From: Eledone cirrhosa
Taxonomy: Eukaryota
NCBI GenBank assembly: GCA_964016885.1
Contig: OZ024743.1
Coordinates: 116,188,001 to 116,252,000 of the forward strand
Direction: 5' to 3'
DNA: 64,000 bases
Positions 50,390 to 64,000 of the stretch are shown here, in pieces. Made by a program: the position numbers and the translations under genes. A model generated the notes under the pieces. That model ran no database searches. It was given only the letters and a program-made list of their open reading frames with translations, and had not been told where the DNA came from. Within the stretch, counting starts at the first letter, position 1, and the number at the start of each line of letters is the position of its first letter.

Positions 50390-50675
50390 TCATGTGTGAG
50401 GATTAGGCATGTGACATATTGTTTATAAGGTTCGACTCCCAAACGAAGCATTTAATTCTTGAATAAAACATTACATTTCATGTTGCTTCAGTTCCCGGAC
50501 CGAGTAAAGGACCAACCTCATGAAATGATGTCATGCTGAATCTTCATGAGATCTACATGAAAGTTACAGCTGTATGTGGAATACATTGCTATTTGCACGA
50601 TAATTTCCCGAGATGTTTGTTCGATTGTTTGATCAATTAGAAATCTCGCTCTCAGAACCGACAGATGTCCAACGC
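50390..50675 (+). mobile_element. Diverged cephalopod-type SINE (second family)
   Basis: B box GGTTCGACTCC at about 50429; body is complementary to 15385-15680. Confidence 0.6.
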
Positions 50676-50849
50676 ACAGCCACTCCCTTTTACTGTCATA
50701 CATATATATATATACATACGTACTTACATACATAGGTATATAAATACATAACGTATGTATATATGCGGTAATAGAGATGTTAACAAATTGGACAACACAA
50801 AACATACGATCGTATATTTCTAAATTATAAAAAAAATGATCGTTGAACT

Positions 50850-51625
50850 ACGGAAAAATGTATTCATGTTATCAATGCTTATCATATATAAACAGAAACA
50901 AAAACATTACATTCCTCGCCAACAAAGAGTGAAAAATAGAATTAGAAATGATGTTTGGAAGCAATACAAACAGAACGTATCATTGCAAGTTGATCAGCCT
51001 CAAATAAAAAAAATGTCAGCGTGTCAGCGAAAATATGTGGTTTGAGAAGAGATTGACTGAGAGGAAAATGATTAATGAAAGATTCAGCCGAAACCAAAGG
51101 CCAGTCTTTAGAGATATGAGGATCAAATCTATATGTCACTGAAGCCCTATCCGAGAAAAATAGATTCCTTCTGGAGAAAAATATAGAGTGAGGAAAAATG
51201 CGATGTCAGTAATGCGGTGACATATAAGAAACTTGGTTACAGTCTGTCTACAACAGGAAAGCATTCGATTATGTTTCCCATTCTTGCAATTCAATCCGTA
51301 AATAAAGTAGCCTTATGATTAAACGTATGAAATGTCACAGTGACATTGAGGACAAATGTATACTTAATATGATTGCCTTTAGTAGAATGTTTCATTCAAA
51401 GCCCCAATAAAATACAAACATAACACATAATGATATGGGGCAGAATAAAAAGAAGGCAAAGACAGTAGTGGAAATCAGCTGCCCAGCAGGTGTCATTAAT
51501 ATGAAGAAGATTAGGGAAAAGGAGAACTGTTATGCTGGACTTATAAAAAATCTGCAGATATTCCACCCTCACTATACTTATAGATTTTTATCTGTGATAA
51601 TTGGGGTTCTGTGATATATTATTAA
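50850..51625 (+). mobile_element. Degenerate, internally deleted R4-clade copy
   Basis: Segments match 61110-61400 and 48680-48880 (gtagtggaaatcagctgcccagcag...). Confidence 0.8.
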
Positions 51626-52587
51626 CAGCCGCAGAACTAAAGAGAGCATGGCATGTACCTCTGTATTGTTGCGAAGCATTTAAAAGACAGATGTGACGAT
51701 GTTGCTCGAGGGAAGATAGCCCTCCTTGTTTATTGAACTATATTTGATAGTGTTCCATTTAAGTTGCAAAGCTGCATCCACAAGCAGGCCACATTATGAT
51801 TAGATATTTTACAGAGAATACGATAAATGAGTGGAGGTAGATGTGTTGCCAACGCCAAGACAGGCGTTGGGGAAGACGAAGTCTATCTAATCTCACAGAA
51901 CCTATTGCTTGCACACAGTCTCACTTGTTGTAAATTATGATCTATGTGAATTCAGCGCACGGAACATTTGATACCAGAGAGGGCTTTGAAGTGTTTTGCT
52001 TGGAGATGATGTGTTGCACTGCGCAGTGAAATGGGAAAATACGAAAGGGCATAGGAGCCCTTCAACCCAAAATAAATACTATGAAGTTCAATCAAGCACG
52101 AACTGTTCGTATTCTTTGCAAGATTCACCCGTTTGACTGTTAGTCACTCTTGGGTTGGTTTTGCAGGAATTGGTGAACCGAATTGTTTTCGATATTCCAT
52201 CAAAATATTTTCCTTTGCGTGTATTTCATTAATTAATTTTGTTTATATTTGCAATATTTTTAAACGTACAAAGATTCGGTAAGACTACTTAAGTTTTTCT
52301 AAGCTGTTCTAATTTTGTTATCTCTGCTTATTTATGATACAGAAAATTACTGTTGCCGAATTATATCTGTTCTTTTTTTTTATCAATGATTTTAGTTCGT
52401 ACCATATCTTTATCTTTAAATGTCGCTCCTGAGACTGAACACAGAGTGTATTAAGTGTTCTACCTTTGGATGCCTGTAATATACAGAATGTTGTTAGCTA
52501 TACAATGTAGACATCCAGCTCATTCACAACATCTTATTTTCAATCTGTTTATTCTTCTGTCTGTCGCTCTCTCACTGTCTCTTTCTG

Positions 52588-52591
<4 letters not shown>

Positions 52592-52668
<77 letters not shown>

Positions 52669-52710
52669 TCTCTCTCTCTATCTATCTATCTAGCTATCTA
52701 TCGATCTATC
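52592..52710. repeat. (CT)n/(TCTA)n microsatellite
   Basis: Directly visible. Confidence 0.95.
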
Positions 52711-53239
52711 TCTTGCAGCTTTCTAATTTTCTCATAATTCTCCTTCATACGTTAATATCTTCATCCTTTAATTCCACCCAATCCAGTCCAGAACAATCAT
52801 TTCGCTATCCTAATCACTCTCAAAAGAAGGCAAGTATTTCTATTCTTCATAACAACTGAAAAATTATCGAACATATCTGTGAAGTCACCTAAAGATTAAT
52901 TATTGCCGACTTTGATCATCTCTAGTATCATATTCCAAAGTTTATGCTTCATACTTGATTATCCACCTATAGGGACTGTATTTGCACCAATCTTTCTTCG
53001 AAATATAAGTTAAATATGTTGACAGAAGAGAACTGAAAAGTGTGACTATTTTAAAGTTTTACTATTATTTTTACAATTCATTTGCAACTTACATTTCTGC
53101 TTATATATATTTATCTGTTCTCTGTTCTACGTTTGACCCTTTAAATCCTGTTATTCTTCATTTTGATCTGAAGGATCACAAACCAAATTTTAACAATAAC
53201 CTATGTATTCGACTCATTACCTCTACTATGTATTAGTAG

Positions 53240-54560
53240 GCAGGTTTGGTAAAATATTTGTTTAGATAGAATTATATCCCACATCAGAAAAATGGTCTCT
53301 TTAGCGTTGTGGAATGATTATTTCGATGTGTTTGGTGCAAGGACATATACAGTACATACTATTGCAGTTTTATCTAATTTGAAATCGATAAATATCATCC
53401 AAACACTATTCCTAGGCCTATTAATTTTACCAAAACACTAACGCATATCAAGAAATTCGACGATGATATCATATTAAATGCTCGTAAGACTGTGATAAAC
53501 TTTGATAAATTTATTTAGTTAAAGACAACTAATATTAAACACTTCGATGTGAGTATGGGGACATGTGATTGAGTGTAGTTCACAGATCTTACAGGTTTCT
53601 CTTCTCTATTCTCAATTAAGGAAGAATTCGCTAATGTAATTTTGTTCTGCATCGTGATGACACTCTTCTGAATATTAATAGGGGCGAATCTTGAAATATT
53701 GATAAGTTTAGGAAAGAACTTATTGCTTTTTTAAAGCTTTCAATCTCTTTATAAATGTTGTCGCAAACCTACCCTTGGTGAATTTTCTAGTAGTGACTCT
53801 TAATGTGTTAAATGGCCTGTATTACCAATATGCTATTACCAATATAGAAATCCCAATAAAGCTAGAAACCTGCTCAGCTTACCTGTCTATAAGATGATGA
53901 CCATATTTTTAACGATGATTCCGCATACGATATTGAAGTTCCGATTGGATATCTGGAAAGATTAGAATACAATACTTATGCGCATAGAATTAGAAAAAGT
54001 AGAATTACACGTATAATATCGTATAATATACCATATAATATAATATGGTCACAATATTAGCTAAACCTTTCCTAGCACTAATTATGAGGCATGTCTCTCC
54101 TTCACATAAATACCATGAAATATCTGATAGAAATACGGTCAAAATATCACACACTTCTACACCCAAAGTCATACATGATATTACTTCCTCTGATATAACG
54201 AAATTATCTAACTATAGAAACAGCTGGACAACTCTATAATTAGCTCGAACCGTCATTGCATCAATAGGGACAATTCTTCTTTGACGAGAAAATGCTTATC
54301 TATTAATAGTTTATAAATGTAATGCGGATACACTTTCAACTAGAAATGTTTACATAGGGATAACAGCCAATAGTTTAAGAAAAAAAAAACTTTTACACAT
54401 ACACACATATTTATTTCGTATTCTTAGAAGAAAGAATATGACCTCATATTCGGTCTATATCTGGAGTTTGAAAGACAGAAACATCCAATATAGATCCGTG
54501 AAATCTATACAGAAACATAGGTGATATATATGCCGCTGAAGACCTGGAAATCATCTACGT
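53240..54560 (+). pseudogene. Degenerate Penelope-like RT plus GIY-YIG
   Basis: In order: LDRIISHIRK, DIILNARKT, FDVSMGTCD, HRDD, DKFRK, VNFL, KPFLALIMRHVSPSHKYHEISDRNTVKIS, YIGITANS and VYIWSLKD. Confidence 0.8.
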
Positions 54561-56319
54561 CATAGAATGGAGAAAGCGCAGTCCACGAAAATGGTGAGGG
54601 AGACGAGTTTAAATAACCATTCTAAATCCCGGGGCTCACTACTGTGGCCAACTCCACTCCGATAGTAGTGATTGGGGAGGTTATCCGAGGACCAAGGACG
54701 CCGGCCGGAAGTCTACAATTCTACTCATCGAAGAAAAATATGTCGGATACTGACCATTATTTCGACGGCTTGCCATATTCGACCTAACAAGCAAGGAAGC
54801 TAGGGTTCGTCAACGAATAAGCAGTTTTACCGCTGGAGAAGGTGTGATTGCATGTAACTTTCCAATGAGGGGCTTACCACCGCAAAACAAGAAGATCATG
54901 ATGCAATCTGATATTTCACCTTTTCCTCCCTCCAACCCCATCGGCCCCAGCTGGGAAGGGAAGCTTGCTGTAAAAATAAAACAACCCGTTATATAATGTC
55001 GTCGTCGTCGAGCGAAGCATAGCGTGGGAGGTGGCCGGCGCTGTAACGGTCTGATAGTGGATGGAATTGAAAAGAGACCCCAGTAGATCCACAGTAACAT
55101 TTATTTGGCCGGAAGATCCGGATGCCAAGCCACTGGAAAACACCGAAACGTATAGAGTCTCTATCCAGCTGATAATGTAGGTACGCTGTTAAACCAGGAA
55201 ATATTTCGGGGTTAAGACGCATAACACAAACAAGCTTGTCGATACTGGTCAAGCCCGCGTACAAGCCTGTCAGAAACTATGATACGGCGGCCCATTTCCT
55301 AAACGTCGTGCGTGAATTTCGAATGTTCAAACCTTCCAAGTGCTGAGAACATAACTTTATAAGATGTAGGAAGTTCAGACGCAGAAAATATCTGAAATTA
55401 CAGTCACATACTTTAAAATAGCATATATAAATCGGATGAAAACTCATAGAGATGTACAAATGTTTATCAATCTTGGTACTATTGATTTTGACGCTTCATA
55501 TATTGTAAACTAAACGGTTATACGATTGAGGTTTCAGTTTTCTTTATAATTCAGATGATTTTTTTAGTCGTGATTAAGAATCTTCGCCTTTTGTTTTCTT
55601 TTTTTTTCTCCATAAACCATTCTGAGATTGATTCAACACACCACTGAATGGCTGCTTGGCCAGCAAGCCATTTAAAGGATAATTTGTTATTTGTCGTAAT
55701 GGTATTTCTCTATTTGTATAATGTAAGTATTGGGTTAATTCGTGTGTTGTTACTTCTTCTCTCGATTATTGTGGCACGAGTTTTCTCAATTTTACATCGA
55801 CAACTATAATGGCCAATCTCTTGTTAGTTCTAAAATGATTCTATTCTGGTTGCTGGTGGCGCTGCATTGGTTTCTATTTGTATTTATTTAGTTAGATCTA
55901 AAATAATTTTGTGCTGCCGACAAAATAATATTTTCGAATTTAATTAATTTTCCTGTTCTTAAAGTAGGTTTTTATGAAGGTGCGTGGATTGGTGGTTATC
56001 GTTTTCGGGTTGATTAATATCTTGATTTCGATTCTCGGACCGGGCGGTGCGTTATGTCTTTGGACAAGAAAAATTGCAGAATCTCTGAACAGTTATACGT
56101 TAGCTATCCGGAGGACATGGGCCCTTTCTATTTTTACAATCCCTCAGATAACTGGATTGCGTACGAAAACATTTGAACCATGCCTCGGTGTACTTGAGGT
56201 GTGGTTAGGTGTGCACAAAATATATTCAATGTCATGGGTTACCCTGATTAAACCTATGAGTAAGCCTCCCACATGTGTGTGCGTTGTATAACCTATGGAT
56301 ATTATTTTATATGTATCTA

Positions 56320-56510
56320 GGGCGGTGGATTGGCAGTATCGGTAGAGGGTAGGACGCCATGCTTTGCAGCAAATAGTTACGGCCCTTTATGGTATGGGTT
56401 CAAATCCTGCCGAGGTTAACTTTGCCTTTCATCTTTACGGGGTCGATAAAATAAAGTACCAGTAATACACTGTGATAATTGGTGGCCTTGTGCCAAAAGT
56501 AGAAACAATT
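56320..56510 (+). mobile_element. tRNA-derived SINE, full length, 19-bp TSD
   Basis: A box TGGCAGTATCGG and B box GGTTCAAATCC; attattttatatgtatcta at 56301-56319 and 56508-56526. Confidence 0.93.
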
Positions 56511-56824
56511 ATTTTATATGTATCTATATACAAGTAAATTGATAACACCTATTCAGTTATTCCAACAATTTAAAAAAAGAATGATTGCCCCTAATACATT
56601 CCTGAGACTTTATACAACGCACTATTTAATTTTACAATCCACAAGTGTATATTTACCAAATGTCTGTATATAAAGTTTTTGTCAGTTGTTATTTTACAAT
56701 TGAATCAGTCCCCATTAAACAATTGAAAGTAAGACACTTTATTATTATTATTTTTTTTATCATTATAATTATTATTATGAATTTCATATCATTTATGCTA
56801 TTTAACCAGCAAACTTGCCCTAAT

Positions 56825-58900
56825 TAACATCAAGTCGCAACCTGAAGCTTCAGATATTCAGGACGCTTTCCAAAAAGAAGACAGGGCTAAGGCTAATGTT
56901 GTATTGCCAGCATTGGAAACTATTCGATAGAGTATCTAGTTCTCCAATAACGAAGGGGAAGGCCTTGTTCTCATGACAGTCCGAAATCCATTTCATTTAC
57001 CAATTTAGATCCTGGTATCGTTAACATTTCTCCAACTTTTGTTGCACACTTGGAGCAAGCTACACCTATAATAAAGAATAATCATTTTTCCTTCTCGAAA
57101 ATAATCAGGTCAGGCTTATTGTGTTCTAATTCTTTAAATGATTTTATCCTGAAATCCCACAGCACCTTCAATCGATCGTTGTCTATCTCCTAAACTGGGT
57201 TTTGCTCAAACCACTCCTTAGAGTAGGATAAATTATTCAGTTTGCAGAAATGCCAGTGTTTCACTTTTCCTATGATACCATGCCTCCATTCTCTACAATG
57301 TGTCTGGGCTGGCTGTTAACACTCGCATACGAAGTACACCAAAGACTTCCCTCTCTCCCACATATCCTAAAGAGCGGACTGACTCCCTTCTTGTCAATAT
57401 GATGTTTCATCCATTTTGTTCAAATGGATTTGCTCCTGTACAGCTAGTAGCATACCCTCTACAGATTTATTAAAGGCCTCTTTCTTGAACTAGTCCCATG
57501 TCTGCGGGTCGATGAATTCTGTTTTCTTCAAAACAATGCGATGAAGGGCATTTTCATTCAGGTTATTGTTCTGTCGTTATCCTTTCATGGACAAGCCCTG
57601 GTCTATTATCTCGTCCTTCAATATAATTTTAAGCATTGTCTAGATACTCTCCGGCACATATTCATGTCAATAGCTCTTCTCCATCTGAACACACTCACAC
57701 CTCTCTTAACGCGAGCTCTCCATAAGTATAGACTATCAACACCACCTTTTTTTATGAAATATACTGCAGGTAGTCATTAATTGCTTTGTCTTTCGCTCTA
57801 GCTCTTTGTTCTTTCGCTCTAGTTCTTGTTTACTTTCCATTCAAGAATTTCCGCACTGTAGCTAATAGAATTTACTGCACTTAGTGCATTCATACTATTC
57901 AGGTAGTATGTTTCTTACTCTCCTTATGTATTCATAATTTATCATTTCCTTTATTGTATTATCCCTGATGCTATCTACTTCCAATTCGGTATATATGTTT
58001 TCTTTATTGATCCTCTTTATCATCACTCCAGTTGGTATCTCGATTCCTTTGCTTCTCCTTAATTTATTTTTCCTTATCACTAGGGCTCCACATTTATTAA
58101 TACCAAATTATATACATATGTCAATGCTGAAAATGCGAATAGTGTTAACAAGTACATCCAACTCCTGTTCGATCTGCCCAAAGAGGTTTAAATCGTCTAT
58201 GAAGAGGTTGTATTTGATCGTAAGTTCTCTGCCCAGTACGTATGCAGCCTTCACTCTTCGCAATACAAAGGACAGGGGGATGAAAGTAGGACAAACAATA
58301 AAAGAGTTAGATTATATCCTTGGACGATACCTCTCTTGATTTTCACTCCTCCCAAAGATTCTTTCCCTGGTATTAATTCTGTGTCTCCCCTCTTCCTGCT
58401 ATTTCTTAATATCAGTCTCATTTTGTCTACCACCATGAGGATTTTTAAGCACTTGGTTATCTAAGAATAAGGAACGGTATGAATGCTTGGCAAGACTAGT
58501 ATGCTATCTCTTTTAGTTCCTTATATTTTCTTCAATAAATAACTGATACTTTGTTTCAACATCCTACCTGTTTCTCCGGCATTAAGTTTTTTATGCCGGG
58601 GTGGTTGTAGATTCCCTCAGACCTACTCATTGATATCAACCTACACATTAAAGATATACATGTTATAGGCCCACAGTTAATAATATCATTTGCCTTGGCT
58701 TGGTCGTTCATCGTAAGAACCATGTGTAGAGCATTATGTTCTTAACCCAATATCTCTGCACTCCATCCAGTAGGTTAATTTATTGGCATACATTTTAAGG
58801 GCTTCAACCGAGAGATTCAAATCAGGTTTCCTATGTCCATGATGGATGTATAAACTGTCTGTACAAGCGAATTAATCTGTTCATAGAGATTTAGTTTATC
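56825..58900 (-). mobile_element. Old R4/Dong-clade element, heavily degenerate
   Basis: LGGVKIKRGIVQG, LFIDDLNLFG, YIRRVRNIL and VLWDFRIK...EHNKPDLII. The 3' end cctgaatatctga is shared with 38890-38910. Confidence 0.75.
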
Positions 58901-59274
58901 TCTCAACAGCAGGTGATTTATCTTAAAACCACTTCCTCCCCACTCGTAACCAGCCTTTGATCTTTTCTACACCAGTGAATGTAGAACCATAAGCTAATAT
59001 AACTATAATTGCCATGACTATTTTACTACTACTAGCAGTAACTCTACTGTTGTTCTTGCTGCTACTAATTCTGCTACTACGACAATTATTACACTCCTAA
59101 TATCAAACAATGATTATGTGATAATAATAGTCATGAGGAAAAAGAAACAGGAGAAAAAAGTAAAAAGGAAGAATATACAATGAGGAAGAGGAAGAAGAAG
59201 AAATATAATTATCAGGATGATCATGTTTAGGATGATGATGAAAATATATATAGTCAGGGTATCACCATCCTCAT

Positions 59275-59367
59275 CAGCAGCAGCAGTAGCAGTAACATCA
59301 GCAACAGCAGCAGTAGCAGCAGCAGTAATAGTAGTGGTGGTGGTGGTGGTGGTAGTGTTGGTGGTGT

Positions 59368-59443
<76 letters not shown>

Positions 59444-59460
59444 GGTGATGGTAGTAGAAT
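59275..59460. repeat. (CAG)n/(GTG)n/(TAG)n trinucleotide repeats
   Basis: Directly visible. Confidence 0.95.
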
Positions 59461-59924
59461 GAGGACAAAAAACCGTTACAACCATTATAACTTTAATACA
59501 AAGATGAAGGTTTTGTTTCATATATTTTTTCAGCTCTGACATATAAAAGAAGACCCGGCATGACATTCTAGATATATTGTTAACGATCCGCCATCTTTTT
59601 ATAGAACAGAAAGGTCTATAAATATTCATGCGTTTTTAAATTGTACTGCAAATTTATGTTCATAATATCAAGAATATTCGAGAAGAATTGCTGACTATAA
59701 TAATGGAAAAGTACTTCTCTAAAAAGGTTAACAAACAATTGAAGGTAAGCTTATTGTCGTAAAATTAAGATGGTCTTTTTTATATTAATTTTACTGAGTA
59801 TCTACTGAGAAAAATTAATATTGACAATTTCCATTTGGCGGATATTCCACTAAACATCCATTCATCAATCCATCCATCTAACCACCCATACATATATGCA
59901 TACATCGATCCATCCATACATTCA

Positions 59925-61840
59925 ACGCGATCAGTCGCATATTTTGGTGTGGGAGACTATTCATTAATTTTAAACTGAATACAATCCCCGACAGTAATGC
60001 CACAACTACTAGTCATGTTGAATAACTGGATTTTCTTCTAACTATATCCACCGAAGACAACTATTATTCGAATTCGTAGAGATATCCGACTAAATACATA
60101 ATTCATTTTACAAGGATTTGCTACTAACAGCATGGCTGAACACAACATCAACAACAACATCAGTGGAATACCGAAGAAAAACGGGATAGGTAAACAAATT
60201 TTATTCAGTTGTAGCTACAGCAGAAACCGAAATTATAAATTGCTTTTCTCTTGGAGTTGCAAACTTAATGATGATTTATTTAATTGTTATAAAATGGCAA
60301 AAAAAAAATCCCTCCATTGGCTATATGAACAGAATGAAGCTACACCGGGACGAAATATATCCAGAGCTAAATCACTTCTCAGCGAAACAATTACGCCAAC
60401 AAGCGACGTTTGATGAACGTAAAAATAAGATAAATATTATTAATTGTAAGTCCCCCACAACAAACATGGAATTAACAACACATACTACAAGTCGCCATGC
60501 TACTAGACTTCCTAGCAGCCATGTCGAACAGTGCCTTGAAACAACTATGCCTGTAAGAAATTTGATACCACGCGTACCATCTGTGTCTACCTCGAATGCT
60601 GGGGAAAACATTATCGATAATAATAATAATCGAAGAAATTTGACACCACGTGCACCATCCGAGAGTACCGAGACTATTGTGGAAAATACTATCGATAATG
60701 ATAATAATCAAAAGTATAATCAATTGAAAATTTCCCTCAACGAAATCTTCCAGAGGGAAATTAATTCATATATAAACATTTCTCTTGTTGAACGTATTAA
60801 AACAACAATATTTAATAAAAAAAAAAACAAACAATTAATAAAATATTACGTGTTATTGACGAAATAGGGGATGAATATATACGATGGATAAAGCCACCAA
60901 CATTTTGGCAAATCAACCCCTGTTTATATGCCTTAGCAACGACAGTGAAGCATTATCTTGATGATAGCAGAGATATTAACAAGAACAAAACACCACCAAA
61001 AATACCATAATATGTAACTAAAATAGAAAAAAAGATTGCTGATCTACGAAAAAGCATAGGATATGTGACAATGCTCCTTACATGCAAACATACACTAAAA
61101 GACATCACTCCTCACCAATAAAGAGTGAAAAATAAAATAGGAACGATGTTTGGTAACAGTAGAACCAGAACACTTCAATATAAGCTGATCACCCTTAAAC
61201 AAGAATTGAGCGCTGTTAGCGACATACGCCGATGCCTGAAGAAGGTAGATCAAAGAAAAGTGCTTAATAAAAGATTCAGACGAAACCAAACATCAGTCTA
61301 TAGAGATATGAAGGGAAAAATAATAAGTGTCACTGAGGCCCAATCCCAGAAAGACTAGTAGACTACTAAACAATAGATTCCTTTTGGAGAAAAATATGGG
61401 GTGAAAAGAAGAATTTCAACCAAGATGCAGTGTGACTGAAAGAAATCCAAAAGAACTATTGTTCCTACACTACAACAAAAACATACGAAGTAAGTGAGGG
61501 TACCCTTGAGACTGTGATAGGAAAACTCCAAGAAAAGAAAACACCAGAAAGAGACATGATTGTCGGTTAGCTGCCCAGCAGATGCCAATATAATATCAAA
61601 GATTAGCGAGAAGGAGAATATTTATGCAGAACTGATGAGAAATCTGCAGATACTCCACACTGATTACACCTTCAGATTTATGCCTGTGGTTATTGGGGCA
61701 CTGGGACATGTTAGTAACTGCCTCAATACAAATCTTGAGAACCTGGGCTTCACAGGAACAGAAAGTACACAACTAGTTAGGAAATTACAAAGTACAATAC
61801 ATTAATGGAACAGTAACAAATATGTAAAGCATTCCAAACA
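59925..61840 (+). mobile_element. R4-clade element with its 5' end retained and the RT deleted
   Basis: N-terminal WSCKLNDDLFNCY...GYMNRMK...QLRQQA motif. 61181-61565 matches 46683-47051, then jumps to 48725-49000. Confidence 0.85.
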
Positions 61841-62152
61841 ATTGTTCCAAATTCGATCTAAAAGGGGCCCACCAATTCCATACGCTCATTACCATCGGCT
61901 GCAAGGAAATATGTTCATACACGCATATAGAATAGATAATAATTTATAATAGAGTAGATAGCATCATAGATTACAGAGTTAGCATGTTCCGTGAAAACTT
62001 TATTAACTGCGAAGACGGTGGTCTATCATCAGAAAAAACAACAACATCCAATAAAACTAGTTTTGCAATCGATTATTCACCAACAATAGTTCGTATGTAC
62101 ATCAAATCGTCCATCCAAAACTTTACTTTTACATTCGAGCACATCACTTGTT

Positions 62153-63900
62153 CTACAGTTCTAATTTGCGATGTTTTACTTTAGAAAATGTTTTAATCAC
62201 GATGCTGAAGTCAATTTTTTCTGCCAGTTCTCGCTCTATGTACATCATTACCAGAGCATTCAACCGCTCTTCACTCATGGTACTACGCAAATAATTCTTT
62301 ATCAGTTTGAGCCTGCTGAAGGTTCGCTCAGCCTGCGCCGAGCTAACCGGAATAGTTATGAACATTTTGTATAAGGCAAACACGTTCGGATAGGCTTTAT
62401 CTAAGTCATTAGAAATCATAAACGAAGCGATCTCAGAACTCGATATGGATTTATCTAAACACACTTCCTTGTAAAAATCTTTGAATGATAAATACTCGTC
62501 GAAGATAGAGTCATTTTCTATTTTCACCCTCGTAGAATTTCACAAGATTATCGATTCTCTTTCTATTGCATGTGTCGTCGAGATCGAAGTGCGTCGGTAT
62601 CAAGCACGAACAATCCTTCACTAGATCGTGCAAGTCGGCAAAACGTTCGTTAAAGCTACTAATGATTCGATCTAAGATAGTGAAATAAACGTCCCGTTTA
62701 AAATGCTGACACATCGTCTCATGAGGTTCGTCACTGGCATTTTCGTCATGAAAACGCTTCTTTTTTCTTTTCCGATTCTCTGTTGTAAACTCTGGTTCAA
62801 CTTGACATTGCTCGGCGCGACTTTTAGCGTCTGATAATGTTCGTTCAAAATATTCATTTGAGCGGATGTCTTCAATTTATTTTACTACATTTTTAATCCT
62901 GACGTCCACCTCCTTCTGCAAATATTGTGAAACAGAATGCAGCTTTTTAAGTAAATTCTGAAAAAACTTCAACATGAAAATGAATTCAATCTTGCTCAGA
63001 TTTAGTAGCAAACCTCTGGCTTCGGCTAATACTTTCGTAGCAGTGTTGTGAACATCCCCACTTATTATCCTCTCTAGTGCACTTATTAATGCCGGTAAGT
63101 TGTAAATGGTAGCCTCTACAGCCTGAATCTGACTAAACTAGCGCATATCTGAGAGTCTTTTTAATGTTAATACCGTTGCAGTCAATAGTTTTTCTTGTTC
63201 TTCTTCGAGGATTTTCAGCCTTGGCAAGCTTGATGTTAAGAAAACATACAGGCTCTCCAATATACCAAAAAATAATTTACCATCCACTGACGATTGGCTA
63301 CCATCGATTAACACCAGGTTCGGGTTATGAACGCAACAATGGACGTAAACAGCTTTCGAAGAGCATCGCTCTTTAACTCTAGCCTGAAGCCCAGAAATAT
63401 GGCCTCACATATTCGACGCTCCGTCGTAAGCTTGTCCCCTAATATATTGAGCATCCAAGGATAGATCCTGGAAAACAACTTTCACAAGCGTATCGTAAAA
63501 TGATTCAGTGGCTGCTGATTCTAGTTCACAAAACGTCAGGAAATGCTCCTGTGCGTGGCCACTTTTCGATACATATCGCAGTGACACAGAGCATTGAGCC
63601 TGATGCGAAATGTCTATTGTGGAATCGACGATGACTGAATAGTATTTTGCCGCTTTCACTTCCGTGATTATTTGTTGAGTACATTCGTTTGCCAGGCATT
63701 CTATGAATTCGTTTTGTAATTTTGTACTTAAGTACATAAGCTGTCTTTTAGTGCGCCCAGGCGAGAATAAATGGCTTTCCAAGATCGTATGTTACTTGGC
63801 CATCGATTTCAACAATTCAATAAAGTTTCCTTCATTTTCTGATTTGATGCCAAGTCCAGCATATTCCCTGTGACCTCTGATGGACCTGAGGCATCTTCGA
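62153..63900 (-). pseudogene. hAT-family transposase (ZMYM1/DUF4371-like), frameshifted
   Basis: YLSTKLQNEFI...YYSVIVDSTIDISH...LRYV...GQAYDGASNM and the hATC dimerisation motif IPVSSAQAERTFSRLKLIKNYLRSTMSEERLNAL. Confidence 0.92.
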
Positions 63901-64000
63901 CGTTAGATTCTCGCGACTCTCAAGTGCTTTTCTGTTTCTCCAGTTCATCTGACCAGACCGACTCGCCGGAAATTCCGGCAGTTACGTTGCTTTGGGATGC

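Noticed and set aside
56320-56410. A and B boxes as a tRNA gene
   Set aside because: There is no cloverleaf; it is the head of a multi-copy SINE with TSDs.
61841-62150. hAT terminal inverted repeat and 8-bp TSD
   Set aside because: The other end is probably outside the window, so no TIR or TSD can be verified.

Overview
This is a repeat-saturated, AT-rich eukaryotic intergenic or intronic window. The SINE families suggest a cephalopod, probably an octopod (inference from recognition, not a search). I found no intact host gene, rRNA, tRNA or CRISPR array. Content: (i) several Penelope-like element (PLE) remnants (RT, GIY-YIG C-termini, pseudo-LTRs), many in (TA)n and carrying type I hammerhead ribozymes (HHRs); one family has a U3-A8 covariant core (UUGAUAA instead of CUGAUGA), and several short fold-back copies have arms starting inside or at the HHR. 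(ii) Two related Tx1/L1-clade non-LTR retrotransposon families, one in (GATA)n and one in (ATT)n; both carry AG|GTAAGT over the ORF1 stop codon. (iii) R4/Dong-clade RLE elements in (TAA)n and (TACA)n. (iv) Non-autonomous Helitrons. (v) tRNA-derived SINEs. (vi) Old RTE/CR1 fragments and a hAT transposase pseudogene. All element ORFs are broken by stops or frameshifts. Coordinates were read by eye and may be off by a few bases.
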